Shown here: positions 10,116-19,546 of the stretch, piece by piece
Position numbering within the stretch: the first letter of the stretch is position 1
Layout of the letters: every line of letters begins with the position of its first letter
Assembly (NCBI GenBank): GCA_963663965.2
Contig: CAXXFK010000028.1
Location: forward strand, 320,001-384,000
DNA: 64,000 nucleotides
Direction of reading: 5' to 3'
Origin: Sedimentisphaerales bacterium
GTDB lineage: Bacteria; Planctomycetota; Phycisphaerae; Sedimentisphaerales; SM23-30
Notes under the pieces: model-generated
What the model saw: only the letters and a program-made list of their open reading frames with translations
What the model was told of the DNA's origin: nothing
Database searches by the model: none
Made by a program: the position numbers and the translations under genes

Positions 10116-11143
10116 TAGTTTTCCTTATACTCCAGTATCGACCAGCCGCCGGTGTCGGTTTTCAATTTTATGATCATCGTTCCCTGCGATTCTTCCTTTC
10201 CACAGATTCCCTTGCTCTGAATTCGATAAACCCGGCTCTCGGGCTTCACGGTGAGTCTGACCGCGATCGTAGCAAACCGGTCTGCGGATAATCCACACAC
10301 TGACCGGAATTCCTCCAGACTGCCAAAAGGCTGGCTTTGACGATACGCCAGGATTGTTTCGATTTGGTCTACTGAGATCTCCTCATCCAGTGTGAACAGT
10401 AGCCAGGGATTAGCAGTGTTGATATTCAGCTTGCCGGTATAATGCACGGTTAACAGACCTTCCAATCCAGGAAAATGCCATGTCTTCCTGCCGGTCATGT
10501 CCTGTCCTTGATAGATGGCCGGGGTGATGCCTTTGACCCGGTTCAATTCACTGAGGATTTCAAATGGCCGGTTGCCGCAGGGAGTGTCACTGGTTGAATC
10601 GACTGGATCCCAGCCGGTATTATCAGTGGCAACCCATGGCAGGACCGTCTTCTCCTGATCCGCGTCAATCCAGTCGATCAGACACGGCACAAATGCATAA
10701 TTGGCCAGCGATCGGCCTGACGCGCTGTTGATTCGATCAACCAGACGCAGCAATTGATTCACGATAAACCGGTCCAGTTGGCCCGCTTCATTTTTGATGG
10801 CGTTGATGGGCAGTTTGCCTGATTCATCTTCAATCGTGATCAGACAGCGCCCCTCGTCCATGGTAATCTCCCGGGGACCGTGAAATGACAGTTTCATCTC
10901 TGTCAGCAAGTCTGGGTTTTCGCGCAAAGCGCCGCAGGCAATATCGCACCCCGACAAGGCATTTTGCCGTGCCTGGAACCTGGCCGGGCGCTCTGCGGCA
11001 ACCGCCAGCGACTGCATCCCCTGACGAAAGACCCTCAGCAACAACGCACTGAGCAATACCAGGACTACCAGGACCGTGATCAGTATAAATCCGCGGCCCC
11101 GGTATCTGGTATGACAGTGAGCTTGTAGTCGGTATCCCATCAT
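10115..11143 (-). CDS. gspK: Type II secretion system minor pseudopilin K
   Basis: RGFILITVLVVL, IEDESGKLPIN, DWIDAD, ELNRVKGIT and GKLNINTA motifs. Confidence 0.9.
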   Translation of the reverse strand: MMGYRLQAHCHTRYRGRGFILITVLVVLVLLSALLLRVFRQGMQSLAVAAERPARFQARQNALSGCDIACGALRENPDLLTEMKLSFHGPREITMDEGRCLITIEDESGKLPINAIKNEAGQLDRFIVNQLLRLVDRINSASGRSLANYAFVPCLIDWIDADQEKTVLPWVATDNTGWDPVDSTSDTPCGNRPFEILSELNRVKGITPAIYQGQDMTGRKTWHFPGLEGLLTVHYTGKLNINTANPWLLFTLDEEISVDQIETILAYRQSQPFGSLEEFRSVCGLSADRFATIAVRLTVKPESRVYRIQSKGICGKEESQGTMIIKLKTDTGGWSILEYKEN

Positions 11144-11811
11144 TTTTGCGTACCTCCGGTATGGTCTGCCAGCCGCTCGCGAGTGACGGGGCTGGCAAGC
11201 ACTGGCGCCAGGGTATGGAGGGTAAATGATGAGTCAGGTATTGCTGGATCATAAACGGTCAAGTCGATTGACAGTGCCTTTGGACAGGATTCGGTACGAT
11301 CCTGCCAGGAAGGGCTCAATTGCCCATGGGTATCGTAAGCTTCAAATTTCAGATCAATCCCCATTTGCGAAATGACGATTTCTTTATCTGGAGGTGATGT
11401 CGGCTCGTTGTCGGAGCTTAATGTGATAAACGGTTCTTCCCGATAAAACAGTTGGCCATTGGTGTTAACTTGCCAGCTGACTTGATAGAGCCCGCCAATT
11501 ACCGGTGGTGAAAACAAGGGTTGACTGGTAATGAATGATAATTGTGCTGATCTGTTATTGCTTTCCAGTACAAACCCGGATTCACCGTTATTGCTCCAGT
11601 CTGTAATCGGCTGACAGGCTGCCAGTTGAACTTTCAATTTTTCACAGAGACTGGCCGCTTCTCGATACAGGGTTAATTGCCGCTGGCATTGCTGTGAACC
11701 CAGCAAGGTTACCCGGTATGTACCATAGACGACTGTGAGCATTAATGATACAAGGGTAATCGCGATCATCAGTTCAAATAAGGTAAAACCCCGGCGATCG
11801 ATATGCTTCAT
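11140..11811 (-). CDS. gspJ: Type II secretion minor pseudopilin J
   Basis: Prepilin motif RRG|FTLFELMIA; position between gspI and gspK. Confidence 0.75.
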   Translation of the reverse strand: MKHIDRRGFTLFELMIAITLVSLMLTVVYGTYRVTLLGSQQCQRQLTLYREAASLCEKLKVQLAACQPITDWSNNGESGFVLESNNRSAQLSFITSQPLFSPPVIGGLYQVSWQVNTNGQLFYREEPFITLSSDNEPTSPPDKEIVISQMGIDLKFEAYDTHGQLSPSWQDRTESCPKALSIDLTVYDPAIPDSSFTLHTLAPVLASPVTRERLADHTGGTQK

Positions 11812-12224
11812 GATACCTCCTCCCGGGGCAGAAAAGTGCGGTGCAGCTCCAAAGACTGTCGCTGTCCCCGTTCGTCCCAGGTGACGATAACCGTTGCTTG
11901 CTTTAAGGTACCCATCGGCAGGCCGGCAAGCCTGTCAGAGTTACAGCGCGCCGTTTCAATGGACCAGTGAAACAACCGGCCATTGAAATCATCGCTGCCT
12001 TCCAATTGCGGAGTGTTTTCAGGATTCTGAAGATAGGTCATCAATTGCGTTTCCGCAATACTGGCCGCCATTGTCCGCATTGCGGTTGATTCGGTCAGTT
12101 GCACGGTATTTAAATGCAGACGAACCAGCGCCAGCAGTCCAATCGCTACCACGGCCAGTGCGACCAGCGTTTCTATCAGGGTAAAACCCTGTTGGGAATA
12201 TAATTTATTTGATCGAATCATCAT
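11808..12224 (-). CDS. gspI: Type II secretion minor pseudopilin I
   Basis: Prepilin motif QG|FTLIETLVALAV; 138 aa; 'G...F.W' and 'V.V.W' GspI-like patterns. Confidence 0.8.
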   Translation of the reverse strand: MMIRSNKLYSQQGFTLIETLVALAVVAIGLLALVRLHLNTVQLTESTAMRTMAASIAETQLMTYLQNPENTPQLEGSDDFNGRLFHWSIETARCNSDRLAGLPMGTLKQATVIVTWDERGQRQSLELHRTFLPREEVS

Positions 12225-12233
12225 GGCGGGTAT

Positions 12234-12686
12234 TTAGTTTGATTCCAGATCCCAGCTGACGATATCCGCGTCGTCCCCGCTGCCGCCTTTCTCCCCGTCT
12301 TTGCCATACGAGATAATATCGTAATCCTTGCCATGTACTCCTGGACAGAGATACAGATAGGGATTACCCCAGGGATCATCCGGCACCTTGTCCAGGTAAC
12401 CTTTGGAATTATAATTCTTGATCCCCGGATCGGTAACCAGCGTTTTGAGCCCTTCCACTGTGGTCGGGAACCTGCCGGTATCCGCATGGAAATAGGCCAG
12501 CGCCGCTTCAATATTTTTTATTTCAATCACCGCTTTGGCTCGCCGCGCCTGATCCGGCTTATCCAGGATTTTAGGCATGATGATGGTTGCCAGTAATCCC
12601 AGAATGACAATAACGATCATTAACTCGATCAGGGTAAATGCGCGTTCTCGATAATGATGTTTCATGATGATCATGATGCTCTCCAT
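12234..12686 (-). CDS. gspG: Type II secretion major pseudopilin G
   Basis: RA|FTLIELMIVIVILGLLA, FPTTVEGL, YLDKVPDDPWGNPYLY and SYGKDGEKGGSGDDADI motifs. The real start may be 12665. Confidence 0.95.
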   Translation of the reverse strand: MESIMIIMKHHYRERAFTLIELMIVIVILGLLATIIMPKILDKPDQARRAKAVIEIKNIEAALAYFHADTGRFPTTVEGLKTLVTDPGIKNYNSKGYLDKVPDDPWGNPYLYLCPGVHGKDYDIISYGKDGEKGGSGDDADIVSWDLESN

Positions 12687-12839
12687 TTGATAGTGGGAAT
12701 AAAGCTGTATCCTGATTGCTCTAATACTAGACAGACATTCCTTTCATTATCGTTGTACTGAGATATAGAAAGATCGTTTTGCATAGATGCTGTCATTGAA
12801 TTTGGTATCATGATTAAGCTGTTAGTATTTTTACACTTT

Positions 12840-14065
12840 CTAAAATGCCTGATTGATCTCATACAATGGCAGAAGAATCGCCATCACAATAAATCCGATG
12901 ACCACGCCCATCACCAGCAGGATCAACGGTTCCAGCAAGGTCGTCAGCGCCCGGGAAGTATTTTCGATTTCGGTGTCATAGATATCCGCCAGACCGGTCA
13001 GGGGCGTCTCAATATCCCGGTTTGTTCCCCGGTTTCGATGGTATGGATCAGCAATCCCGGAAAGACCCCGGTTTGTCGGATCGCCTCTGCGATAGACGAA
13101 CCGCGTTCGATATCGCCCCCGGCCAGCTTCAACGGCTCATTCATCGCCCGGTTCTGGATTACTGGACGCGCCAGTTCCAGCGCCTGGACAGCCGGTAATC
13201 CGCTCGATAGCAGCATGGCATAGGTACGGGCAAAGCGGCTTGTTTCGATCTGGGTGATCAGTGAGCCAATTCCAGGAAGCCTTAACCAGACCCGGTCCAG
13301 AATGTGCCGGTTCGACTCGCTGCGCAGCCATAGATAGCCTGCGACCCCACCCGATAGGGCCACCACTAGTAAAATCGGCCAGCTCTGTTGCATAAACGAA
13401 CTGGCGGCGATCAGGATCCGGGTGATCAGCGGCAGGTCTCGATTCATCTCAATAAATATCGTGGTAATCTGGGGCACAACTGCGGTTAACAAAAAGATCA
13501 CCACACCCACCGCCATGACTGCCATAAAGGCCGGATAGGCAATGGAGGCCCGCAGTGTGCTTTGCAGCCGCGCGCGCTTGTCCAGAATATCGGCCAGTTT
13601 CAGCAGGGCACGGTCCAGCGAACCGCCGGCCTGCCCAGCCTGCACCATCCCGGTATATAAGGGTGAAAATACGGTTTTATAATGTCCCAGTGCACCGGCG
13701 AAATCTTCCCCGGCATTCACCTGTTGCTGTAGCCGTTCGAGCATCGCTTTGATCGTCGGGGTCTGACCCTGTTCAGCCAGCGCCGCCAGCGCCGGTACCA
13801 GCGGCATCCCGGCTTGCAGCAGGGCCGCCAGTTGACGCGTGAATAAAGCCAGTTGACGGGTAGTTAACCTGGGGGGCTCATTCGTTTGCGAACTCACCGG
13901 CAACGCCACGGCATCGGATGGTTTACGCCGGTCCAGGTCATTCGCCGGGTCGCCGCGACGTATCGCGGGCTCTTCGATCTCCCAGACATAAAAATCGTCT
14001 TCGCGGCTTTCGATTGCGCCGGTCGCTCCTGAACTGGGCAAATTGTCTAAATGTGGTTCATTCAT
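12840..14065 (-). CDS. gspF: Type II secretion inner membrane platform protein F, interrupted by an apparent 1-nt deletion near 13016-13018
   Basis: FTRQLAALLQAGMPLV, AGQAGGSL and ASIAYPA motifs. After GEQTG, a shifted frame continues DIETPLTGLADIYDTE...LLEPLILLVMGVVIGFIVMAILLPLYEINQAF to a stop at 12840-12842. The restored protein is ~408 aa. Confidence 0.88.
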
Positions 14066-14104
14066 TTCGCTCTGTCATTCAGTCGGTTTTATTTCAGAGG
14101 CCAA

Positions 14105-15847
14105 TCAGAGGGTATCGCCAATCGTCTCCAGATTCGCCGCCGATTGATCCTGGGTCACGCGCAATACCTCTTCAATCGAGGTCACACCGGCGATGGCCTT
14201 GCGGATTCCATCCTGACGTAATGTCGTCATGCCATGCTGAACGGCCAGGTCTTTAATCTCACGGCAGGAGGCGCCTTCATTGATCATTTCACGGATCGTT
14301 TCGTCGATAGTCAGTAATTCAAAGATCCCGGATCGTCCAAGATAACCGCTTTGCATGCATCGTTCGCAACCGGCTCCACGAAAGAATCGCGCGTCCATGC
14401 CATAGTGGCTGGTCTCTTCCCTGGGCCGCAGTTGCTTGCAGTTCGGACACAAACTCCGTACCAGACGCTGGGCCATCACTGCCGTCAGCGATGAGGAGAT
14501 CAGATACTGCTCGATCCCCATATCGACCAGCCGGACAATCGCCGAGGCCGAATCGTTGGTATGCAAGGTACTGAACACCATATGCCCGGTCAGTGAGGCC
14601 TGGATGGCGATTTCAGCGGTTTCCCGGTCGCGGATCTCTCCGATCATTACGACATCCGGATCCTGCCGCAGGATATGGCGCAGACAATTGGCGAAATTCA
14701 GGTTGATCTTGGGTTTCACCTGCATCTGTCCCACGCCCGACAGTTGGTATTCGATCGGATCTTCTACCGTCAATATGTTCCGTTCGGGATCGCTCAACTC
14801 ACTGATAGCCGCGTACAAGGTGGTCGTCTTACCGCTGCCGGTCGGACCGGTCAGCAGGATAATCCCGTGCGGCTGGTAAATCACTTTTCGGAACAACTTC
14901 TCTTCACTGGAATGTAAACCCAACTGGTCCAGCAAGACGGCTTGATGCCCCTTGTCCAGCAGACGCAGGACCACACGCTCTCCGTCAGCCGTCGGAATGG
15001 TTGACAACCGGATATCCATCTCCTTCTCTCCGATCCGGATCCGGCTCTGACCATCTTGGGGTAACCTCCGTTCAGCAATATCCAGGTTGGCCATGACCTT
15101 CAAACGCGAAGTCAAGACCGGCCCCAGGTGCGGCGGTAAGGTCATCGTATTGTGCAAAACGCCGTCAATGCGAAACCGGACCTTGACCTCGGCTTCATAA
15201 GGTTCGATATGAATATCGCTGGCGCGCGCCTGCACCGCCCGGAAAAAAATCATATTCACCAGCCGGATAACCGGAGGCTGATTGGCGATATTAAGCAAAT
15301 CCTCCGACCGGACTATTCGGGTCGCCTGAGCAGCCTTGGCAATGTCATCATTCTGGGTATCGGTTTTATGGTCAACGGTTTTATAATAACAATCGCTGAT
15401 GGCCTGTTCGATAATACCGGCCGGCGCCACCGCGCGCGGACATCGATATCCCAGGATATTCTGAACCGCGTCACAGGCTGATAAATGACGTGGATCCGCT
15501 GTGATAATCAGTATGCCTTGATCCACATCCCGTACCGGAACAACCCGCTGTTGACGCAAAAATTCCAGTGGAAACTGACGCAGCAGATCCGGATCAAGCT
15601 GAGTGGGGGGGATCTCATCCAGCCAGACCAGTCCCCATAATTTCGCCAGACAGCGAGCCATGGTTTCCGGCTCGATCATCTCACGTTCCAGCAGGGTATC
15701 GACCAGGGCGAATGGCTTGTTCTCGGTGGCCAGATGCTCTACCACCGCACGCGCCGCCCGGAGTCGTTCTTCGGTCAGGCCGCCTTCTTCCAGCAAAATA
15801 GTTTCGATTGATTCCTTCATGATCATAGTTAAAGGGATTAAAAGCAT
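14105..15847 (-). CDS. gspE: Type II secretion ATPase E
   Basis: ASDIHIEP, RFRIDGVL, Walker A GPTGSGKT, LRQDPDVVMIGEIRD, TGHMVFSTLHTN and the CxxC...CxxC Zn motif. Confidence 0.96.
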   Translation of the reverse strand: MLLIPLTMIMKESIETILLEEGGLTEERLRAARAVVEHLATENKPFALVDTLLEREMIEPETMARCLAKLWGLVWLDEIPPTQLDPDLLRQFPLEFLRQQRVVPVRDVDQGILIITADPRHLSACDAVQNILGYRCPRAVAPAGIIEQAISDCYYKTVDHKTDTQNDDIAKAAQATRIVRSEDLLNIANQPPVIRLVNMIFFRAVQARASDIHIEPYEAEVKVRFRIDGVLHNTMTLPPHLGPVLTSRLKVMANLDIAERRLPQDGQSRIRIGEKEMDIRLSTIPTADGERVVLRLLDKGHQAVLLDQLGLHSSEEKLFRKVIYQPHGIILLTGPTGSGKTTTLYAAISELSDPERNILTVEDPIEYQLSGVGQMQVKPKINLNFANCLRHILRQDPDVVMIGEIRDRETAEIAIQASLTGHMVFSTLHTNDSASAIVRLVDMGIEQYLISSSLTAVMAQRLVRSLCPNCKQLRPREETSHYGMDARFFRGAGCERCMQSGYLGRSGIFELLTIDETIREMINEGASCREIKDLAVQHGMTTLRQDGIRKAIAGVTSIEEVLRVTQDQSAANLETIGDTL

Positions 15848-15859
15848 TGCTGCTTAATC

Positions 15860-18052
15860 TTAATTTTTAGTTGGTATTAATCCTTTACTGGCAGTATTCA
15901 GCTCTTGCTTTTTATATTGGGTAATTTCCGCCAGTTGTTGCGGACTGTTCAGAATATACGGCGTGATGAAAATCAACAGGTTGGTCTTTTGTTTGCGATC
16001 AGTTTTATATTTAAACAATTCACCCAGTAATGGGATATCGCCCAGTAGCGGCACTTTTTTGGTCAGGACCACCCGGTCGTCCCGGATCAATCCGCCGATT
16101 ACTACCGTTGTCCCGCTTTTCATCGACACCGTAGTCTGGGTCTGGCGCTTGGCGGTTGTCGGTGTTTCGCTGCCCAGGCCCGATACCCCTTCGATCAGCT
16201 TGGTAAACTCGTTCTCCACTTCCAACCGCACAATCCCACCCTGGTTGACGTGTGGAGTAATATTCAGCGTAATCCCCACATCCTTATAGTCGTAGGTCTG
16301 GATCACGGTTGGATCGCCCGGGTCGGTTTCCGTAATACGGGAATTGGTGACATACGGGATATTGTCACCCACGACAATCTTGGCGTTTTTATGGTTGGTT
16401 GTCATAATGTGCGGCGTGGACAGGATATTCACGCCGGATTCCTTCTCCAGTGCGTACAGAATCGCCGCCAGTTTGGTATTTCCGCTGATATTCTTATAAG
16501 CACCCACCTGCATGCCCTCCAGTGTCCCGGCCGCGTGATCCACGCGCAGGCCATAGTTGGTCATGCCGAATGCCCGCATATGATCCGAAACCGCCTCATC
16601 CAGCGTTTGCCAGTCGATCCCGACTTCATCCAGCACATCCTGGCTGATTTCCAGAATTTTAAGTTCCACCAGTACCTGTTCGCGCACAATATCGAGTTTT
16701 TCGATAATACTGTCGATCACCTTAAAATCCTGAGCCGAAGCGGTGATGATCAAAGAGTTTGTCCCGGTATCCGGTGATATTTGTACTGGCTGCATGTTCT
16801 GATTGGTAGTGTTTTTTTGCAGGTTGCTCCAGGCGGCAGTGATGGCTTTGGCCACATCTTCCGCCGGCGCGTGTTCCAGGTAACGGACATGAGCGTTAAT
16901 CGCGCCCTGGGGCCGTTCCACATCCAGCTGATCGACAATTTGCTGCACCCGTTGAATATCCTGCTGACCGCCCACCACGATCAGGCCGTTGATATGCGAA
17001 TCTGGCAGAATTTTCAATTTGGTCGCGCCGGCAGTGGATACTCCCGGCCGGGCGCCGCCCTGGGCGGTTTGCGTCAATATCTCCATGACATTGGTACTCA
17101 AGGTCTGGGCTGAAGCGTATCGCAATGGAATGACTTTGATCTGCTCGCGTGCGCCCGGCACATCGAGTTGTTGAATAATTCGCGCCACCCGGTGGATATT
17201 GGCTGAGACATCGGTTATCAAAATGGCGTTGATCCGCGGATAGGAATCGATATGGGCGTCCTTGGCCAGCGGCTTGATAATATTCATCACTTCAGTCGTG
17301 TCAGCGTATTTTAGTGGAATAATCTGCGTCGCCAGGGTATCGCTCAGTGGAATGGATGCCGGATCGCTCCCCACCCGTACCAGTAGATCGCTGGAGATCA
17401 CTTTCCCTCGCTGGACAATCTTGACAAACTCACCACTGCGGATCGCCGCATACCCTTTTACCGTCAGTATGGTTTCCAGAAAATCGAACAGTTCTTTAAC
17501 CTTGATTTCCCGCGGCGACATTACGGTGACTTTACCGCTGACACTGTCATCCACAATAAAATTCACCCCGGTAATATCGCCGATCGTATCCAGAACCGTG
17601 CGGATATCCACCTCGTTAAAATCGACCGAAATCGTATCCTCCGCGATGGCCGGATCATACAGGTCGAAAATCGGTTCTGCCGGTGGCTGTATTATCGGAT
17701 CTGCCTCGGCTTCAATGGCTTCATCCGGTTCATTGGTTATGTCAGTTGGCGATACCTCTGGTTTTTGGGGCGCGATGGTGACTGGCTCTTCGTTCTGATC
17801 GGGCGCCGGATCATCCGCATACTGGCGGAGCGAAGCCTCAATCAGTTGCTGTGCGGTCTGAGCGTCCACGGTCTGGAATCCCACCGGCTCGGAACTCTGT
17901 TTCCCGGATTGTGGTTGGGGGAGAGTATTCTGTCGGCAGCCTCCCATTATCCACATCATAATAATCAGCCAGGATATCCACCCGATACCATCTCTCATTG
18001 GTTTTCTGTCTATTACCATTTCTTTTCTCTCAACGGAATTCATCGTATTCAA
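15860..18052 (-). CDS. gspD: Type II secretion secretin D
   Basis: N0 domain (VDFNEVDIRTVL), repeated 'IPLKYA' N-domains, secretin motifs ILSTPHI, DVGITLNITP and KVPLLGDIPLLGELF; lipobox-like MGGC. Confidence 0.95.
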   Translation of the reverse strand: MNTMNSVERKEMVIDRKPMRDGIGWISWLIIMMWIMGGCRQNTLPQPQSGKQSSEPVGFQTVDAQTAQQLIEASLRQYADDPAPDQNEEPVTIAPQKPEVSPTDITNEPDEAIEAEADPIIQPPAEPIFDLYDPAIAEDTISVDFNEVDIRTVLDTIGDITGVNFIVDDSVSGKVTVMSPREIKVKELFDFLETILTVKGYAAIRSGEFVKIVQRGKVISSDLLVRVGSDPASIPLSDTLATQIIPLKYADTTEVMNIIKPLAKDAHIDSYPRINAILITDVSANIHRVARIIQQLDVPGAREQIKVIPLRYASAQTLSTNVMEILTQTAQGGARPGVSTAGATKLKILPDSHINGLIVVGGQQDIQRVQQIVDQLDVERPQGAINAHVRYLEHAPAEDVAKAITAAWSNLQKNTTNQNMQPVQISPDTGTNSLIITASAQDFKVIDSIIEKLDIVREQVLVELKILEISQDVLDEVGIDWQTLDEAVSDHMRAFGMTNYGLRVDHAAGTLEGMQVGAYKNISGNTKLAAILYALEKESGVNILSTPHIMTTNHKNAKIVVGDNIPYVTNSRITETDPGDPTVIQTYDYKDVGITLNITPHVNQGGIVRLEVENEFTKLIEGVSGLGSETPTTAKRQTQTTVSMKSGTTVVIGGLIRDDRVVLTKKVPLLGDIPLLGELFKYKTDRKQKTNLLIFITPYILNSPQQLAEITQYKKQELNTASKGLIPTKN

Positions 18053-18093
18053 TCACTCCATCCCGATAGGTTTCTCGTAAAGATTGCTTATTG

Positions 18094-19083
18094 TCATTGT
18101 GCACTTCCCTCAAAAGTAAACCGTATCAGGTCCCGTTCCCGCAACACCTCCAGTTCAATCTTTTCCTGGGTTCGCGCTTTTTGAAATACTTGATAAGCTT
18201 TCTGCGGACTGCTGATCACCTGGCCATTTATTGAACGAATAATATCATCGGTATGCAGTGCCTGTTTCATTCCACCGATCGCCAGATTGTTTCCGGTATA
18301 TCTCAATCCTTCTGTCGTATTGTTCCATTGCCATGGCGAAAAATCGCCCGCCTGCAACAGAGTCCCAATTAATTCCCGGCCTGCCTGAAAATTACCCTGG
18401 CAATTCAGTGTATCAGCCGGAACAAAAGGATAAACAGTTGAGTCATTCTTCTCAGTCTCTGATGGTGCATAATCCTCACGATAAATACCGCTGGGCTTTT
18501 CTGATTCCGTCGATCGAGCAGTGGGTTTCAGGGTTGATTCAGTCGTTTGGGTCTCTCCACTGACCGGACCATTGCCGGTCAGTTCAAAGGTTTTGCCGTT
18601 TGCGGTCAGGATTACCCGGTTGCGTTCGATCACCGAAATCGTAAAAGCGCCCAGCCGGTCACCAATCTTATAGTGGGTTGCCGTGGTCTGTTCTTTATTG
18701 CTCAAATCGCGAATAATCGCCCTTGCCACCCGTGGGCTGCCCGTAATAGTGCCAGTCAGTTCCAGATCCCCCGGTAATTTTTCCACAGTCTGTTCCGGCT
18801 GATTTGTTTGTTGTCCATTCCCCTGGGAAGCAAGGACCGATAAATTGATCGGAGCAATCTCCTGGTTATTCTGGGTGGGGTCTGCCGGTTCATCAGGGAT
18901 TCCTTCACCGGTGACTGGCCGGGGTGTCACTTCATTGCGTAATAGCTGGGTTTGCATGGCTACTTTGCCAATCAAAGCCACTGCCAGGATCACCAGCCCC
19001 AGGTTAATCACGCGTATTAAAGTTGATAGTTGTTTCGGTGTTGTTTTCATCGTTATTATAGGACGCATACAGAGGGTCTGCAT
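18094..19083 (-). CDS. gspC: Type II secretion protein C (TM, HR domain, PDZ-like C-terminus)
   Basis: LELTGTITG...ARAII...YKIGD HR motif; DIIRSINGQ PDZ-like tail; first gene of the operon. Start uncertain (19083, 19068 or 19050). Confidence 0.85.
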   Translation of the reverse strand: MQTLCMRPIITMKTTPKQLSTLIRVINLGLVILAVALIGKVAMQTQLLRNEVTPRPVTGEGIPDEPADPTQNNQEIAPINLSVLASQGNGQQTNQPEQTVEKLPGDLELTGTITGSPRVARAIIRDLSNKEQTTATHYKIGDRLGAFTISVIERNRVILTANGKTFELTGNGPVSGETQTTESTLKPTARSTESEKPSGIYREDYAPSETEKNDSTVYPFVPADTLNCQGNFQAGRELIGTLLQAGDFSPWQWNNTTEGLRYTGNNLAIGGMKQALHTDDIIRSINGQVISSPQKAYQVFQKARTQEKIELEVLRERDLIRFTFEGSAQ

Positions 19084-19100
19084 TCGTACCGTATAACCAG

Positions 19101-19127
19101 CTATCGACCCGCCATCTATCCGACTTA
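19101..19127 (-). promoter_or_regulatory. Sigma28 (FliA)-like promoter upstream of gspC: TAAG-N15-GTCGATAG
   Basis: Minus strand reads tTAAG tcggatagatggcgg GTCGATAG, compared with the consensus TAAA-N15-GCCGATAA. Confidence 0.5.
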
Positions 19128-19226
19128 ACTACCGATCTTGTAAAACTTTGAGTAACCAATCCCATAGATTTAAAACGGCGGATAATTGCTGTTGTGTTAT
19201 CCGGCCCGTGATTTTATAATGGTGTT

Positions 19227-19427
19227 ATGAATCGACAGGAATACCCAATAGTCAAAAAAAAACTCCATGATCCCTCGCAGGATGATGGTTTTGTTGACGC
19301 CCCCCCCGGTGAATGTATGGCCATGGCATGGGAACTGACCTGTCAGGCCTGGGCCATGATGGGATCAAACGATGCTGAACAGCGACTACAAAGACATATT
19401 GCAGTGCTTAAAAGACGATCAGGCTGA
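19227..19427 (+). CDS. Small hypothetical protein of the type found upstream of minimal nucleotidyltransferases
   Basis: 66 aa with '...MAMAWELTCQAWAM...EQRLQRHIAVLKRR'; overlaps the start of a nucleotidyltransferase-like ORF. Confidence 0.6.
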   Translation: MNRQEYPIVKKKLHDPSQDDGFVDAPPGECMAMAWELTCQAWAMMGSNDAEQRLQRHIAVLKRRSG

Positions 19428-19545
19428 GTTTGTCCTGGTCGGAGCGTTTGCTATGGTGGCCCATGGTTTCCCACCCGCGACGGGTGATATCGAATTTTTG
19501 TACGTCCGATACAGAAATGTTTTTGACAGAATAGCTTGTGGGTAA
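19372..19545 (+). pseudogene. Truncated nucleotidyltransferase (MNT/DUF6036-like) remnant
   Basis: MLNSDYKDILQCLKDDQAEFVLVGAFAMVAHGFPPATGDIEF matches the N-terminal 'LVGA.A..HG.PR.T.D.D' pattern. It stops after 57 aa, abutting the stop of the convergent gene. Confidence 0.65.
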
Positions 19546-19546
19546 G

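Noticed and set aside
12671..13223. ORFs 12671..12862 (-) and 12810..13223 (+) as a possible gspH or extra gene
   Set aside because: Neither has a prepilin motif; the region is explained by the frameshifted gspF tail plus a short intergenic stretch.
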